Part shown: one piece after another, positions 8,497 to 16,718 of the stretch
How positions within the stretch are numbered: the stretch's first letter is position 1
Layout: each line of letters opens with the position of its first letter
DNA from: a virus
Lineage: Duplodnaviria; Heunggongvirae; Uroviricota; Caudoviricetes
Length of the DNA: 25,386 nt
Reading direction: 5' to 3' (one strand)
IMG/VR virus record: IMGVR_UViG_2563366849_000003
Program-made: the position numbers and the translations under genes
Notes under the pieces: generated by a model
The model's input: only the letters and a program-made list of their open reading frames with translations
Database searches by the model: none
Told to the model about the DNA's origin: nothing

Positions 8497-9189
8497 TTAG
8501 TTATCTTTTTGCCTTTCTTTATCCCATTTCTTTACAGTGGTCTGATACCACTCTTCACGTGCTCGTTGTTCCTCTGCTCTGTCACTTGAATTATAGTTGT
8601 CTGTTTTAATTTTTTTGCTTCCCTGGGAAATCGGCCTCCAGTCTTCTCTAATCTTTTTCATCTGCTCAGCTATCTGTGTCATTGGACTCCTTGCACCTAA
8701 GTAGCTAACCCCCTCGAAAGAAGCCATATCATAAGAATACTCATTCCGCTCTCTTTCAGTTGAGCCCGGCTGTTTAGACCAGCTAATACTAACAGAATAA
8801 ACTTGATCTTTAATCTGGTCATACTTACAAAGACTGCTGTTGAGGGAATGGCCGTTTTTCAATACGCTAACCTTGCTAAATGGTATACCTTTATTTTTTC
8901 TATGTTCTGCATTAACCAGTGGGGGATTAAATCCGACTTCAATATCATAGGCTGGGGCATTTCCGGTATTAGCAATATTGATATCAAAATAAAAAGCAGC
9001 CCAAGAATTTGGTTCAAGAGTCACAACGACATGAGGTTGAACTGATGCGTCAACCATCCTTTTTGTCTCGTCTGCTAATAGCCTTGTTACTCTCCACAAG
9101 AAAAATGTAGCAACTGCTGTTAGCAATGCTGCCAAAGCGGAGATAAGTGTACTTACTGTGTTTATATGCTCTGCGATAAATTCGATCAT
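8497..9189 (-). CDS. Hypothetical membrane-anchored protein (230 aa), cargo gene at the P2 Z/fun position
   Basis: ATG with AAGGA Shine-Dalgarno; predicted N-terminal transmembrane helix (TVSTLISALAALLTAVATFFLW) and a charged C-terminal tail; AT-rich codon usage unlike the flanking tail genes. No family recognised. Confidence 0.6.
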   Translation of the reverse strand: MIEFIAEHINTVSTLISALAALLTAVATFFLWRVTRLLADETKRMVDASVQPHVVVTLEPNSWAAFYFDINIANTGNAPAYDIEVGFNPPLVNAEHRKNKGIPFSKVSVLKNGHSLNSSLCKYDQIKDQVYSVSISWSKQPGSTERERNEYSYDMASFEGVSYLGARSPMTQIAEQMKKIREDWRPISQGSKKIKTDNYNSSDRAEEQRAREEWYQTTVKKWDKERQKDN

Positions 9190-9680
9190 GAGTTGTCCTT
9201 GGGGGCGTACTAATTGTTTTCAATACTAAAATAGCGCCGGGCTTGAAAAATTGCACACTTATGGTTCGATTTACCTCAACAGTTAAGGCTTCTACTTCCC
9301 CCGTGCACCTCACCCAGCCCAAGACTGTATGAGGTCTGACAAAGAACTTCCTGACACTTGAAAACGAGGCAACGGCTAAGGTTTCTCGTAGGGCAAGGAT
9401 TGAATACGAAGCCTGTATATTGCTCCGCAAACGCTGCTGAGGGCAGTTTAAATGTTGGGCGTTTATGTAGCCTTTCACTCACCAGCATGAGTTCAATGTC
9501 TGTGAGTTACCGACAACAATATAAAGAGGGTGGCATCATCATATATCCAAGCTAGAGTCAAATCCTCCAACTGGTTTTATGATCAGTATCAATTGTTTGA
9601 TTATTGAACGTTTACGAAGCAGCACGGGAGCCATATAACTAATGGGCAGGTATAAGCCTGTATCACGAGGAATCAGTAAA

Positions 9681-9860
9681 ATGGCTGATGATAAGACCAA
9701 AATCGGTACCCCTGACAATGATTTAATAAGTATCAAACAGGATTACGAGAGACGTGATTGGGCTGAAAAGTTTGGAGTTAGCGAGGCCAAACTTGTTCAA
9801 GCCGTACAGGCTGTAGGTCATTCGGCTAAGAAAGTACAGGCATGGCTTAAAGACCATTAA
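9681..9860 (+). CDS. Small DUF3606-like protein (59 aa; an alternative upstream start at 9642 gives 72 aa)
   Basis: MADDKTKIGTPDNDL...DYERRDWAEKFGVSEAKLVQAVQAVG... resembles the DUF3606 pattern as I recall it (MADDK-type N-terminus, conserved Y and W). GAGGA Shine-Dalgarno 9 nt upstream of the 9681 ATG; intrinsic terminator immediately downstream. Confidence 0.55.
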   Translation: MADDKTKIGTPDNDLISIKQDYERRDWAEKFGVSEAKLVQAVQAVGHSAKKVQAWLKDH

Positions 9861-9865
9861 TATAT

Positions 9866-9889
9866 GAGCGCCTTTCTAGGCGCTTTTTT
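9866..9889 (+). terminator. Intrinsic terminator after the DUF3606-like gene
   Basis: Hairpin AGCGCC-TTTCTA-GGCGCT followed by TTTTTTC. Confidence 0.6.
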
Positions 9890-9912
9890 CTTTGTCCTTT
9901 GGGAGATGATTT

Positions 9913-10191
9913 ATGGCTAATAATTTATTTATTACTTACGACCTCATTAAAACGAAAGATTATGCGGCTGTGTATGATGCAATTAAATCTTTAGGAAATT
10001 GGGCTTTAACAACTGAATCGAACTGGTATGTTAACTGTAGTTACTCTGCCGAGGATGCAGCCAAAATTGTGAGGGCGGTCATGGATAGTGATGATAAGCT
10101 TATTGTTGTAGACGCAACCAATAACTCAGCTTATTGGTACAATCTCTCAGATGAAGTTAGTAACCAAATTCTGACTGAGTGGAACAAGTAA
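9913..10191 (+). CDS. Hypothetical small protein (92 aa)
   Basis: ORF with GGGAGA Shine-Dalgarno 7 nt upstream of the ATG and a strong intrinsic terminator directly after the stop. No family recognised. Confidence 0.5.
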   Translation: MANNLFITYDLIKTKDYAAVYDAIKSLGNWALTTESNWYVNCSYSAEDAAKIVRAVMDSDDKLIVVDATNNSAYWYNLSDEVSNQILTEWNK

Positions 10192-10193
10192 TT

Positions 10194-10220
10194 AAAGGGG
10201 GTGGATAGCCCCCTTTAATT
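10194..10220 (+). terminator. Intrinsic terminator after the 92-aa gene
   Basis: AAAGGGGG-TGGATAG-CCCCCTTT hairpin followed by an AT-rich stretch. Confidence 0.65.
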
Positions 10221-10410
10221 CAGAAACTATCATGATTGAAACATTAAATATACTGGGTTAATTCTTTCATCCTTGCTCCCTTGCTATATGTCCTGAAAGC
10301 GTCCTTTTTAGCCTTCTGCTCAGTATGTCCGGTAATGGCACAGAGCGGACTGCCAGATTAGGCTTTACTCTGTGCCATAGATATGTAAGCTCCCACCAGA
10401 GCTCATACAC

Positions 10411-10938
10411 TTATTGCGGCATTTCCGGCCATTCGGGATTTGCAGGATCCACACGACTGACCAGAACGCTGTAGCGTTCCCATGCTTCCAGTCGTGTGCG
10501 TTCCTCGTCTGTTGCCATATTCAGCCTGACAGCGCGTTCCAGCGGTTGGATGACTGATTCAGCTTCGGAAAGCAATGCGGCCTTTTGTGATTCGGCCTGT
10601 TGTTGTTGCTCGTCTGCCGTATAAATCCGTTTAACCACAGCTCCGTCCCTAAACATCCACTTACCGGAATCATCAGCGCAGCGGTTGGCTGTAATATCTG
10701 GAACCTCAACGACGCTATAACCTTCAGGGTTAAGCGTGGAGGCATCTTTGGTGATGGCGACAATAATATTATTTGCATCGTAAACAATCTTTATTGTGTC
10801 TGGCTGAAAGTTTTTCACTTCCTCATACCAGTTTTTTCCGTCTTCGGACCATAACCAGATAACATCAAAATTCTTTGTTAGCTGATATTGTTCTTTTGTT
10901 TTTGGATTTCCAGACTTAATATTTTTTAAATGCTGCAT
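10411..10938 (-). CDS. G: Tail fiber assembly protein (P2 gpG)
   Basis: 175-aa ORF (P2 G is 175 aa) immediately downstream of H. Confidence 0.85.
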   Translation of the reverse strand: MQHLKNIKSGNPKTKEQYQLTKNFDVIWLWSEDGKNWYEEVKNFQPDTIKIVYDANNIIVAITKDASTLNPEGYSVVEVPDITANRCADDSGKWMFRDGAVVKRIYTADEQQQQAESQKAALLSEAESVIQPLERAVRLNMATDEERTRLEAWERYSVLVSRVDPANPEWPEMPQ

Positions 10939-10941
10939 AAA

Positions 10942-13077
10942 TTACACCTGTGCGACGTTATACCATGTGCCATTGATGTATTTTTGTATTGGTCTGAATA
11001 CAGCCGGATCATCGCCATCAACAGAGCCAATAATGCCAAGCCCCGTAATTGCATGGCCTGATTTTTCATACATCACGCCTTTTTGCATAGTTTGAACAAC
11101 ACGCGTGCCAAGTCTGACATCTCTCACATAGCGTGAGTCAAAATTGCCATAATTTCCGGGAATAATTTGCGCACCGCAAAGCCAGTTACCGTTATTGTCC
11201 ATGTACGCCTTACCATCGGTGCCATTGGCTGTCCTTGAGTTATTAATCATGTAGATGCCAAATTGCTTATTTCCCAGACCGCCAATCATAAATTTGCGGT
11301 CGGCATGGTCCTGACGAAGTAATGCCTGCGCACCATCGGTGGATACCGCATTGCGTCCCAAAATAACATTCTGGTCACGCATATTAATCCACATGCCGGT
11401 ACTACTGTTAATTGCAAAACGGTTTGCAAATATATCCCCTGTAACATCAAGACCATGCCCCATGCTTATCCGACCAGTTCTAAGATTAAGCGTAAAGGGG
11501 CGTAGTGGCCCTATATCACCATTTTCTCCCTCGTTCTCTCGTGTAGGGATGATATGCAGGCATTCTTCAGAACGGCGAAAAATGGCACCAAAAGATGAAT
11601 TAAATATCCTCAGTGCATTGACTGTCGATATTTTTACTTCACTGCTGAAAAGGGCTTTAACAAGAACAGACAAAGCATCCCATTTAAGATTCATCAGGTC
11701 TTTTGTTGTGGTGCTTTGTTTGCTTCTCCATTTGAAATATTCATTGCCGTTGTCGCCTGTTTCAAACCACATGTATGAATCAGTGTCACCATCGGCATCA
11801 TTTTTAAATCCAATCTTCGCCCAGTCAGTATTTCGAATCCAGGCAAGGATTGAGTCATTTTCAAAAGTAAGCCCACCGGACAAAGTATCGCCATTTTTTT
11901 GCACGGCGTTACCAGCCCTGTTTACCGTTTCCTGTAAACCGAGGTATTCGATAACAGCGGCAACGGTCGATTTCGCAAGAATATCCCGCCCGACTTCTGT
12001 CAGGGTTGCCAGACTGGCAACATCATTCCCCGTAAAATACGGAAACCTGTCTGCTGCAGTAGCAAGCCCGGCCAGCGCCGTCAGGGTGGCATCTTTCGGT
12101 TGCTTACCCGCAAGCGCGTTAGTCATGGTGGTCGCAAAATTCGGGTCGTTGCCCAGCGCCGCCGCCAGCTCGTTCAGCGTATTCAGTGCGTCAGGCGACG
12201 AGTCTACAAGGGCGGCAATCGCGGCCATCACATAAGCCGTACTTGCGATCTGAGTATTATTAGTACCTTTTGGCGCAGTTGGCGTCGTTGGCGTTCCGGT
12301 CAGTGCAGGGCTGTTTAATGGCGCTTTCTTGTTCGTTTCATCCATTACCGTCTTAACGGCTTTTGGTGTTGCGGCGAGCGTTTCAGACATGCTGTTGGTC
12401 GCACTACTTAGCTGGACAAGACCTTTTCGCGCTGTGGTAGCGTCCTGTGCGGTATATTTCCCGTTAGCAAGGTCATATGCGGCCTTAACCGCTTTCGGCG
12501 TTGCGGCCAGTGTTTCAGACGTGCTGTTGGTCGCACTGCTTAACTGAGTAAAACCTTTTGCGGTCAGCGAGGCGTCCGGGTGACGTCGTGACTGTTCGTG
12601 CTCTGCAATTTTGTCATCAACGTAATCCTGTGTCGCCATCACCGTTGTGGTGTCAATGGTCAGCTCCACTGAGGCCACACTGCTGACGATGATGACCATG
12701 CGGCAGGTCTGCGAACGCCCTGAGCCTTCGGCAAGGGCTGGCTTATAACTTTCGGCCATGTTCGCCACGGCAATTAGCGTTCCCGCATCATCGTACAGGC
12801 CAAGTTCACGCATCCAGAAACCGCCCACCTCCGGCGGAATAACCAGCTCTGCGATAATATAATTACTGTTTCGTTTGTCCTGGCTGATTTTGTTCAGCGC
12901 ATGTCGCCAGACTTCGTGGATAAGCCCGGTCTGTCCGGCATCCGGGACAGGCAATTTACCACCGCCATCCCCGACGGCCATCGTGGTAATGTTGACCTTC
13001 CGCCCTCCCGGCGCGGTTGCCGCTGCCAGCTTTGCTGCACCGGCAGTGGTGATAACGGTTCTGAATTTTGTGCTCAT
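10942..13077 (-). CDS. H: Tail fiber protein (P2 gpH family)
   Basis: 711-aa ORF between I and G with a conserved N-terminal region, internal tandem repeats (LSSATNSxSETLAATPKAVK twice) and a variable C-terminal receptor-binding part. Confidence 0.88.
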   Translation of the reverse strand: MSTKFRTVITTAGAAKLAAATAPGGRKVNITTMAVGDGGGKLPVPDAGQTGLIHEVWRHALNKISQDKRNSNYIIAELVIPPEVGGFWMRELGLYDDAGTLIAVANMAESYKPALAEGSGRSQTCRMVIIVSSVASVELTIDTTTVMATQDYVDDKIAEHEQSRRHPDASLTAKGFTQLSSATNSTSETLAATPKAVKAAYDLANGKYTAQDATTARKGLVQLSSATNSMSETLAATPKAVKTVMDETNKKAPLNSPALTGTPTTPTAPKGTNNTQIASTAYVMAAIAALVDSSPDALNTLNELAAALGNDPNFATTMTNALAGKQPKDATLTALAGLATAADRFPYFTGNDVASLATLTEVGRDILAKSTVAAVIEYLGLQETVNRAGNAVQKNGDTLSGGLTFENDSILAWIRNTDWAKIGFKNDADGDTDSYMWFETGDNGNEYFKWRSKQSTTTKDLMNLKWDALSVLVKALFSSEVKISTVNALRIFNSSFGAIFRRSEECLHIIPTRENEGENGDIGPLRPFTLNLRTGRISMGHGLDVTGDIFANRFAINSSTGMWINMRDQNVILGRNAVSTDGAQALLRQDHADRKFMIGGLGNKQFGIYMINNSRTANGTDGKAYMDNNGNWLCGAQIIPGNYGNFDSRYVRDVRLGTRVVQTMQKGVMYEKSGHAITGLGIIGSVDGDDPAVFRPIQKYINGTWYNVAQV
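12352..12570. repeat. Imperfect tandem direct repeat (about 133-bp period, 2 copies) inside the tail-fiber gene H
   Basis: CTTAACGGCTTTTGGTGTTGCGGCGAGCGTTTCAGACATGCTGTTGGTCGCACT... recurs as CTTAACCGCTTTCGGCGTTGCGGCCAGTGTTTCAGACGTGCTGTTGGTCGCACT...; it encodes the repeated fibre motif. Confidence 0.7.
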
Positions 13078-13087
13078 TCTTCCTCAC

Positions 13088-13618
13088 TTATCCGGGGTAA
13101 ACCGTAATTACATCGCCGTCGTAAGCCACACCACCGGCGAACAGGTAGCCGGGAATGTCCCGGGTAATGTTCAGACCAATAAGGTGACGGCTTGCAGGTT
13201 TGGCATCGGCAATCAGCCGTTCCATTTCCTGATACATTGCCTCTGTGATACCGCTTTCCAGTACACCAATATCAAGCCGGAAGGTGCCGGGCGGGTCACT
13301 GTTTTCCCACCACTCCGTCACGTTGATGAGATAGCCGAGCGGCTCCACCACACGCCGGATTGCACCTATCGTGCCCTTATGACAGTGGATGAAATACGCA
13401 TCGCGGATAACGGCGCGTTTTGTCGCTTCCGGCCACTTTTCATCCCACCTGTCGACCGAAAACGCCCACGCCAGCCACGGCAGCAGATTTGCCGGGCAGG
13501 TGTCCGGGTTCCACAGCTCACGAATACTGACCGGTGTTTTTTCAATTTCCGCACAGGCTTTTGCGGCGGCAACTTCAAGCGGTGATGAGCCGGTCGGCAG
13601 CAGTCGCGAATCACTCAT
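13088..13618 (-). CDS. I: Baseplate assembly protein I (P2 gpI)
   Basis: 176-aa ORF (P2 gpI is 176 aa), overlapping the J stop by 8 nt. Confidence 0.88.
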   Translation of the reverse strand: MSDSRLLPTGSSPLEVAAAKACAEIEKTPVSIRELWNPDTCPANLLPWLAWAFSVDRWDEKWPEATKRAVIRDAYFIHCHKGTIGAIRRVVEPLGYLINVTEWWENSDPPGTFRLDIGVLESGITEAMYQEMERLIADAKPASRHLIGLNITRDIPGYLFAGGVAYDGDVITVYPG

Positions 13619-14519
13619 CCGAGCCTCCGGTCACGACGCGGTATTCGGTACAGAAAGACGCCTGCGTACTGTTGAGCACGATGTCGGCCAGCGGTGCAGC
13701 CAGCTCGACACGCTGCACGCCTTCCACATGCAAAGCGGCATAAATGGCAGACAGACGGATGTCGCGCCCCAGCCGGTGCTGTGCCGTGATATACGCTTCC
13801 AGTTTTTTCACGGCGGCAGCGCGTATGGGTTCGCTTTCGGGACCAGGGTAAAGGTAAAGCGTGGCGTTTATCTGGTATTCAACGATGGCGGCAGACTGCA
13901 CGGTCACGCGGTCGGCCACCGGCCTGACGTCCTCGCCATTAAGGGCGTTACGCACCACGGCCAGCAGGTCTTCGGATGCAACACCGTTATTTTCACGTGA
14001 CAGCACAGAGATGGTGACGCAGGCCGGAGACGGACTGGTTACAGAAATATCCGCGACACGCCCGTCGGCACTGCGACCATGATACTGATAAGCACCCACC
14101 GACCCGGCGACGCTTAAGCCCTCAAACGCCTGCTGAATACGCAGACGATAATCGGTGTCAGATTCCATCACTGCCGGTGTCGGCGGAATGGTCGAATCAT
14201 CTGCCGGGGTGATAGTCAGGCGCGTGGTGTTGTAATTGGCACCAATCACATCAAGGTCATTACCGGCGGCACAGGCCAGCATCACCGCCCGTGCGGCCTC
14301 ATTCACACGCTGACGCCAGATAAGCTCACGATAAGCATTTTCCTCCAGCAGTTTGGCGAGAGGCTCAGATTCCAGCGTCAGGGTACGGGCGACCGCCTCC
14401 TGCTGGTCTTCCGGGTAAAGGGAAATCAGTGTCGCCTTGCGTTCGGCGAGAATGGTTTCAAAGTCCAGCTCCTCGACCACATCCGGTGCGGGTAGCTGGT
14501 TCAGGTCGATAATCGGCAT
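13611..14519 (-). CDS. J: Baseplate assembly protein J (P2 gpJ)
   Basis: 302-aa ORF (P2 gpJ is 302 aa) between W and I. Confidence 0.88.
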   Translation of the reverse strand: MPIIDLNQLPAPDVVEELDFETILAERKATLISLYPEDQQEAVARTLTLESEPLAKLLEENAYRELIWRQRVNEAARAVMLACAAGNDLDVIGANYNTTRLTITPADDSTIPPTPAVMESDTDYRLRIQQAFEGLSVAGSVGAYQYHGRSADGRVADISVTSPSPACVTISVLSRENNGVASEDLLAVVRNALNGEDVRPVADRVTVQSAAIVEYQINATLYLYPGPESEPIRAAAVKKLEAYITAQHRLGRDIRLSAIYAALHVEGVQRVELAAPLADIVLNSTQASFCTEYRVVTGGSDE

Positions 14520-14523
14520 GGTT

Positions 14524-14871
14524 TCAACTCACAGGGATGGTTAACGAAAGTGGCTGGCCGGTGTCGTTGTGCTGGCCGGTCAAAGTGACAGTCATTCGCC
14601 CGTCAAAACTGCGCTCAGTGGTGACGGATGACAGGGTGACGCGGGGTTCCCATTTCAGCACCGCCATGTAACAGGCGACCTTAATCTGCAACTCAAGCGC
14701 CAGAGTCTGCGGCTGGTCAATCATTGACGCCAGCAACGAGCCGTAATCACGACGCATCACCCGTGAGCCGACCGGTGTGCGCAGGATATCGCCGATACTC
14801 TGGCTGATATGCTCAAGGTCAGTGACAGTCAGGCCATCACTGCGATTCATTCCGAGATAACGCGCTGTCAT
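14524..14871 (-). CDS. W: Baseplate protein W (P2 gpW, gp25-like)
   Basis: 115-aa ORF (P2 gpW is 115 aa). Confidence 0.88.
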   Translation of the reverse strand: MTARYLGMNRSDGLTVTDLEHISQSIGDILRTPVGSRVMRRDYGSLLASMIDQPQTLALELQIKVACYMAVLKWEPRVTLSSVTTERSFDGRMTVTLTGQHNDTGQPLSLTIPVS

Positions 14872-15872
14872 AGAGGACTCCCGGTTGTGCCGCCGCTGTC
14901 GCCGGGGTGTTTATGGGTATGCAGTACCTTCCCGTTTGATGAGAGTTCACCGCCGGTGTGTTCAATGTTGCCGCGCATCGTCCCGCCCTTCTGCACTTCC
15001 AGCGTGCCGGTAATCAGCCTGTTGGTGCAGACCACCTCCGGTGTGTCCAGGGTAACGCGGGTTGATGCTTTCACCGTGACCACCGGCACCGTGGCAGTAA
15101 CAGAATCAGAAGCCGTCACGCTGGCCGTTTTAATTCCGCTTACCGTGAGTGCACTGGTTTCGGGTTCATACTCAATCACCGCCCCGTCAGGGAAACGGAT
15201 ATGCAGGGCATCCGCCGACGCAGACGGCGCGGGGTTATCACCGGAATAAATCCCCGGCAGAACGAACGCTGTGTCGAGTTCACCGCCCACGGCCAGAATC
15301 AGCACCTGTTCCCCCTCGGAAGGTGCCCACCACGTGCGCGAACGTCCGGCGCGATGGGTCAGCCACTGAAGCCAGTCGGTGCACATGCCGCCGGTCTGCA
15401 CACGGCAGCGACCGGCGTTAAGGTCGGTTTCGACGATAATGCCGGTGCGTATCATGTTGCGCAGTGCGCGCGCGAGTTTCGCACTGGCATCCACACCGCG
15501 ATAACGTTCATAAAGCGACGCGGTCGCCATCGCACACACGGCGCGCTCGTAGTAAAAAACTTTGATGCTTTCACCGTCGATGTCGTCCGCCGGGACGTCC
15601 GCCAGACGCGTAAAACCGGCGGCAATTTTCTGTTCGCGGTACTCGTACAGCTCCGCATTCGTCTCCGCCATGCCTGACTTGATGGCCTCACGCAGACGGG
15701 CGGGGGCGACGGTCTGCTCAAGGCGCATACGTTCCCGGACGCGCTTCGGGTCGATATCGGGAAAAAAGAACGTGTTTTTAATCACCGGCTCGTCGCCTGC
15801 CGGTTGCGGGATGACCACCGTACCCTCACCGGACACGGGAGCCTCCTTTCGCGGAATAATCAGCGTCATCAT
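14868..15872 (-). CDS. In-frame fusion ORF: head completion protein L (N-terminal part) joined to baseplate spike protein V (C-terminal part)
   Basis: Single 354-aa ORF (first Met at 15932; probable start MMTLIIPRK at 15872 with a GAGGTGG Shine-Dalgarno). The N-terminus reads like P2 gpL, the C-terminus (...GNIEHTGGELSSNGKVLHTHKHPGDSGGTTGSPL) like P2 gpV. In P2, L and V are separated by X, Y, K, lysA/B/C, R and S, all absent here. The junction is inferred near 15450..15530. Confidence 0.6.
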   Translation of the reverse strand: MMTLIIPRKEAPVSGEGTVVIPQPAGDEPVIKNTFFFPDIDPKRVRERMRLEQTVAPARLREAIKSGMAETNAELYEYREQKIAAGFTRLADVPADDIDGESIKVFYYERAVCAMATASLYERYRGVDASAKLARALRNMIRTGIIVETDLNAGRCRVQTGGMCTDWLQWLTHRAGRSRTWWAPSEGEQVLILAVGGELDTAFVLPGIYSGDNPAPSASADALHIRFPDGAVIEYEPETSALTVSGIKTASVTASDSVTATVPVVTVKASTRVTLDTPEVVCTNRLITGTLEVQKGGTMRGNIEHTGGELSSNGKVLHTHKHPGDSGGTTGSPL

Positions 15873-15971
15873 GACCACCTCTGAAAAGTCGGGCGGTGGA
15901 CGCCGGTGCAGTGTCAGGTGATTCACCCTCACTGACCGGCGTGCCGCCCTGGCGCGGGGCGCATTCGGTTG

Positions 15972-16715
15972 TTAACTGGCTTTCTTTTTCGGGCGTCCAC
16001 GTTTTGCCGGTGTCACGCTCCGGGTCTTACGCGGGGCGCGGGTGGCCGCTTTGGGCTGCGGCTCCGGCTTCGGTTTCAGCTCCCGCTCCAGTCGTTCAAT
16101 CTCTTTTTTGACGCCTGCCTGACAGTCGAGCTGTGTCGCACGTTGCAGGTGCGCCAGCGCACCGGCGGCATCACCACCGTCACGCAGAAACAGACCGGTA
16201 ATTTTGTGCAGCTTTGCGCGCACTTCATCAGGCATGTCAGCCGTGGCGGTCAGTTCAAGGGTCTCCGTCAGCAGGCGGGTATCCACAGACTCACCGGCAG
16301 CGTGGGCGCGCATGGCCGCAAGCGCCACCTCCTCGGTGAACATGTACGGCGGGGTGCGGCGGTGTTTACCCGGCATGGTCAGACCGTACTTCAGGGCATA
16401 ACGGGCAATCTCCAGCGCACCGGCAATATCGCCGGTATCCAGACGCCACAGCATGACCGTCATCAGAATGTCATCCTGTGCACCTTTGCCCTGCTCCAGC
16501 ACGCCGTTCACCCACGGCAACCAGAACGGCAGCAGTTCGCGTTTTTTCGCGGCCTTCAGCTCTTTTGAATAAATCGCTTTCAGTGTGCGCTGGTCTGCGG
16601 CGAGCTTGACCAGCATCTGCTCATAGACAGTTGCATGTCGCAGCGGGGCGGCTTCCCGCTGCGCGGTCATCGCTGCCGAGACCCGCATCATGTGGCGCTG
16701 TGCGGGACTCGTCAT
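15972..16715 (-). CDS. M: Terminase small (endonuclease) subunit (P2 gpM)
   Basis: 247-aa ORF (P2 gpM is 247 aa), basic C-terminal tail, between N and L. Confidence 0.88.
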   Translation of the reverse strand: MTSPAQRHMMRVSAAMTAQREAAPLRHATVYEQMLVKLAADQRTLKAIYSKELKAAKKRELLPFWLPWVNGVLEQGKGAQDDILMTVMLWRLDTGDIAGALEIARYALKYGLTMPGKHRRTPPYMFTEEVALAAMRAHAAGESVDTRLLTETLELTATADMPDEVRAKLHKITGLFLRDGGDAAGALAHLQRATQLDCQAGVKKEIERLERELKPKPEPQPKAATRAPRKTRSVTPAKRGRPKKKAS

Positions 16716-16718
16716 CGG

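Noticed and set aside
9050-9478. 142-aa minus-strand ORF overlapping the start of the 230-aa cargo gene and the intergenic region
   Set aside because: It overlaps the better-supported 230-aa gene in another frame and lacks a ribosome-binding site; probably spurious.
9200-9640. Possibility of a retron msr-msd ncRNA or other structured RNA in the cargo intergenic region
   Set aside because: There is no reverse-transcriptase ORF anywhere in the window and I saw no flanking a1/a2 inverted repeats; left as an open question rather than a call.
11339-12235. 298-aa plus-strand ORF antisense to tail-fibre gene H
   Set aside because: Entirely embedded in H on the opposite strand; the composition-biased translation is a shadow ORF.
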